Assembly: GCA_002269645.1 (NCBI GenBank)
Contig: NIVC01001010.1
Coordinates: 62,001 to 126,000 of the forward strand
DNA from: Macrostomum lignano
Lineage: Eukaryota
Reading direction: 5' to 3'
Length of the DNA stretch: 64,000 nucleotides
Shown: piece after piece, positions 61,437 to 64,000 of the stretch
How the letters are laid out: the number at the start of each line of letters is the position of its first letter
How positions within the stretch are numbered: the stretch's first letter is position 1
Translations under genes and position numbers: made by a program
The notes under the pieces: model-generated
The model's input: the letters and a program-made list of their open reading frames with translations, nothing else
What the model was told of the DNA's origin: nothing
The model's database searches: none

Positions 61437-63255
61437 TCTCCCATCAAACTAAACTCAACAATCTCCCATCAAACTAAACTCAACAATCTCCCATCAAACT
61501 AAACTCAACAATCTCCCATCAAACTAAACTCAACAATCTCCCATCAAACTAAACTTAACAATCTCCCATCAAACTAAACTCAACAATCTCCCATCAAACT
61601 AAACTCAACAATCTCCCATCAAACTAAACTCAACAATCTCCCATCAAACTAAACTCAACAATCTCCCATCAAACTAAACTCAACAATCTCCCATCAAACT
61701 AAACTCAACAATCTCCCATCAAACTAAACTCAACAATCTCCCATCAAACTAAACTCAACAATCTCCCATCAAACTAAACTCAACAATCTCCCATCAAACT
61801 AAACTCAACAATCTCCCATCAAACTAAACTCAACAATCTCCCATCAAACTAAACTCAACAATCTCCCATCAAACTAAACTCAACAATCTCCCATCAAACT
61901 AAACTCAACAATCTCCCATCAAACTAAACTCAACAATCTCCCATCAAACTAAACTCAACAATCTCCCATCAAACTAAACTCAACAATCTCCCATCAAACT
62001 AAACTCAACAATCTCCCATCAAACTAAACTCAACAATCTCCCATCAAACTAAACTCAACAATCTCCCATCAAACTAAACTCAACAATCTCCTATCAAACT
62101 AAACTCAACAATCTCCCATCAAACTAAACTCAACAATCTCCTATCAAACTAAACTCAACAATCTCCTATCAAACTAAACTCAACAATCTCCCATCAAACT
62201 AAACTCAACAATCTCCCATCAAACTAAACTCAACAATCTCCCATCAAACTAAACTCAACAATCTCTCATCAAACTAAACTCAACAATCTCCCATCAAACT
62301 AAACTCAACAATCTCCCATCAAACTAAACTCAACAATCTCCCATCAAACTAAACTCAACAATCTCCCATCAAACTAAACTCAACAATCTCCCATCAAACT
62401 AAACTCAACAATCTCCCATCAAACTAAACTCAACAATCTCCCATCAAACTAAACTCAACAATCTCCCATCAAACTAAACTCAACAATCTCCCATCAAACT
62501 AAACTCAACAATCTCCCATCAAACTAAACTCAACAATCTCCCATCAAACTAAACTCAACAATCTCCCATCAAACTAAACTCAACAATCTCCCATCAAACT
62601 AAACTCAACAATCTCCCATCAAACTAAACTCAACAATCTCCCATCAAACTAAACTCAACAATCTCCCATCAAACTAAACTCAACAATCTCCCATCAAACT
62701 AAACTCAACAATCTCCTATCAAACTAAACTCAACAATCTCCCATCAAACTAAACTCAACAATCTCCCATCAAACTAAACTCAACAATCTCCTATCAAACT
62801 AAACTCAACAATCTCCCATCAAACTAAACTCAACAATATCCTATCAAACTAAACTCAACAATCTCCCATCAAACTAAACTCAACAATCTCCCATCAAACT
62901 AAACTCAACAATCTCCCATCAAACTAAACTCAACAATCTCCCATCAAACTAAACTCAACAATCTCCCATCAAACTAAACTCAACAATCTCCCATCAAACT
63001 AAACTCAACAATCTCCCATCAAACTAAACTCAACAATCTCCCATCAAACTAAACTCAACAATCTCCTATCAAACTAAACTCAACAATCTCTCATCAAACT
63101 AAACTCAACAATCTCCCATCAAACTAAACTCAACAATCTCCCATCAAACTAAACTCAACAATCTCCCATCAAACTAAACTCAACAATCTCCTATCAAACT
63201 AAACTCAACAATCTCTCATCAAACTAAACTCAACAATCTCCCATCAAACTAAACC
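61437..63255. repeat. 25-bp G-free minisatellite (about 72 units)
   Basis: Unit ccatcaaactaaactcaacaatctc. Confidence 0.97.
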
Positions 63256-64000
63256 ACATGCAATATACCGGTAATCACCCGTAATAACAGCAAGCAAGAC
63301 AAAATCTATAAGAACCGCTCTTTAAGTGAACTGAGCTAGGAAGTTGTTGCAAAGATGCTAAATTCTCTCACCCCCTTGCTGACTGGCTGAATGCCAAGCG
63401 GGGTGCCCAACTGGCCCTGTGCCCAGCGTAGTTCACGTGACTAACAACTAAGGCTGTTATAAATGCACAACTTCTGTTTATCAGACCAGATTCACACATA
63501 GGCACTCACAGATGTGTAAGCCTAAGGCATAAGTTGCAGATACTGTCTGGCACTTAGAATTACAAATATAAGTCTTCAGTTAGTATCCGGTTTTATATTG
63601 GCCAGGAATCTGGAATAGATCTAGCCTACTATATCAATTTATCTATTCCAGCCAATCTTCTGAAGATGGAACCGCTTGCGCATTGAATTCTCATCGGTGA
63701 GGGCTATTAGCAACACATCTCCGCAGCACTGACAGCGTGTGCGCGTTTCATCTGTTTTCGAATCTTTACGTATTGGATTGTCCCAGCGTCATCATTCCTG
63801 TTTTGTTGAATTATCCTTTCTTCTTATACTATTATTATAAGTTTCGATGTTTTTACTGCTTATCCAAGTTTAGTTTCAAAAAAATAATTTCAATTTTCTC
63901 GCTTATTTAATTTTAATTAGCTAGCTAATTCTGCTTATTCGGATTCCTTATGATCTCTCTAGTCCACATCATTTGCTGTTTCCACTGAGCACAGAACTGA

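Noticed and set aside
61437-63255. Telomere-like C/A-rich array
   Set aside because: The 25-bp unit has no TTAGGG-type motif and unique sequence resumes after it.

Overview
Eukaryotic (metazoan) genomic DNA, roughly half of it made of about 25 unrelated micro- and minisatellites. The mix of GC-rich Ala/Gln-rich exons and satellite-stuffed introns would fit a free-living flatworm such as Macrostomum, but that is inference only. Most long ORFs in the supplied track are repeat artefacts. Genes reconstructed by hand from splice signals: (1) a minus-strand chromodomain gene hidden in three small exons at 3984-4421, which appears to splice in frame into a tandem array of at least four near-identical 387-nt phase-0 exons separated by an 89-91 bp hairpin-rich satellite and running off the left edge; (2) a single-exon secreted peptide/neuropeptide-precursor candidate at 15604-15927; (3) a four-exon ovo/shavenbaby zinc-finger gene (minus, 21544-31019, 453 aa as modelled) carrying eh1 and PxDLS co-repressor motifs but no visible SNAG motif; (4) a sortilin (VPS10-domain) gene (plus, 52784-61414, 5' end not found) whose six introns are all phase 0, five of them filled with different satellites, several made of splice-signal-like motifs. 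Mobile elements: a decayed 5'-truncated RT-RNase H non-LTR retrotransposon (LOA-like), a full-length D34D mariner with TIRs, TA duplication and one frameshift, and small MITE/SINE-like pieces.
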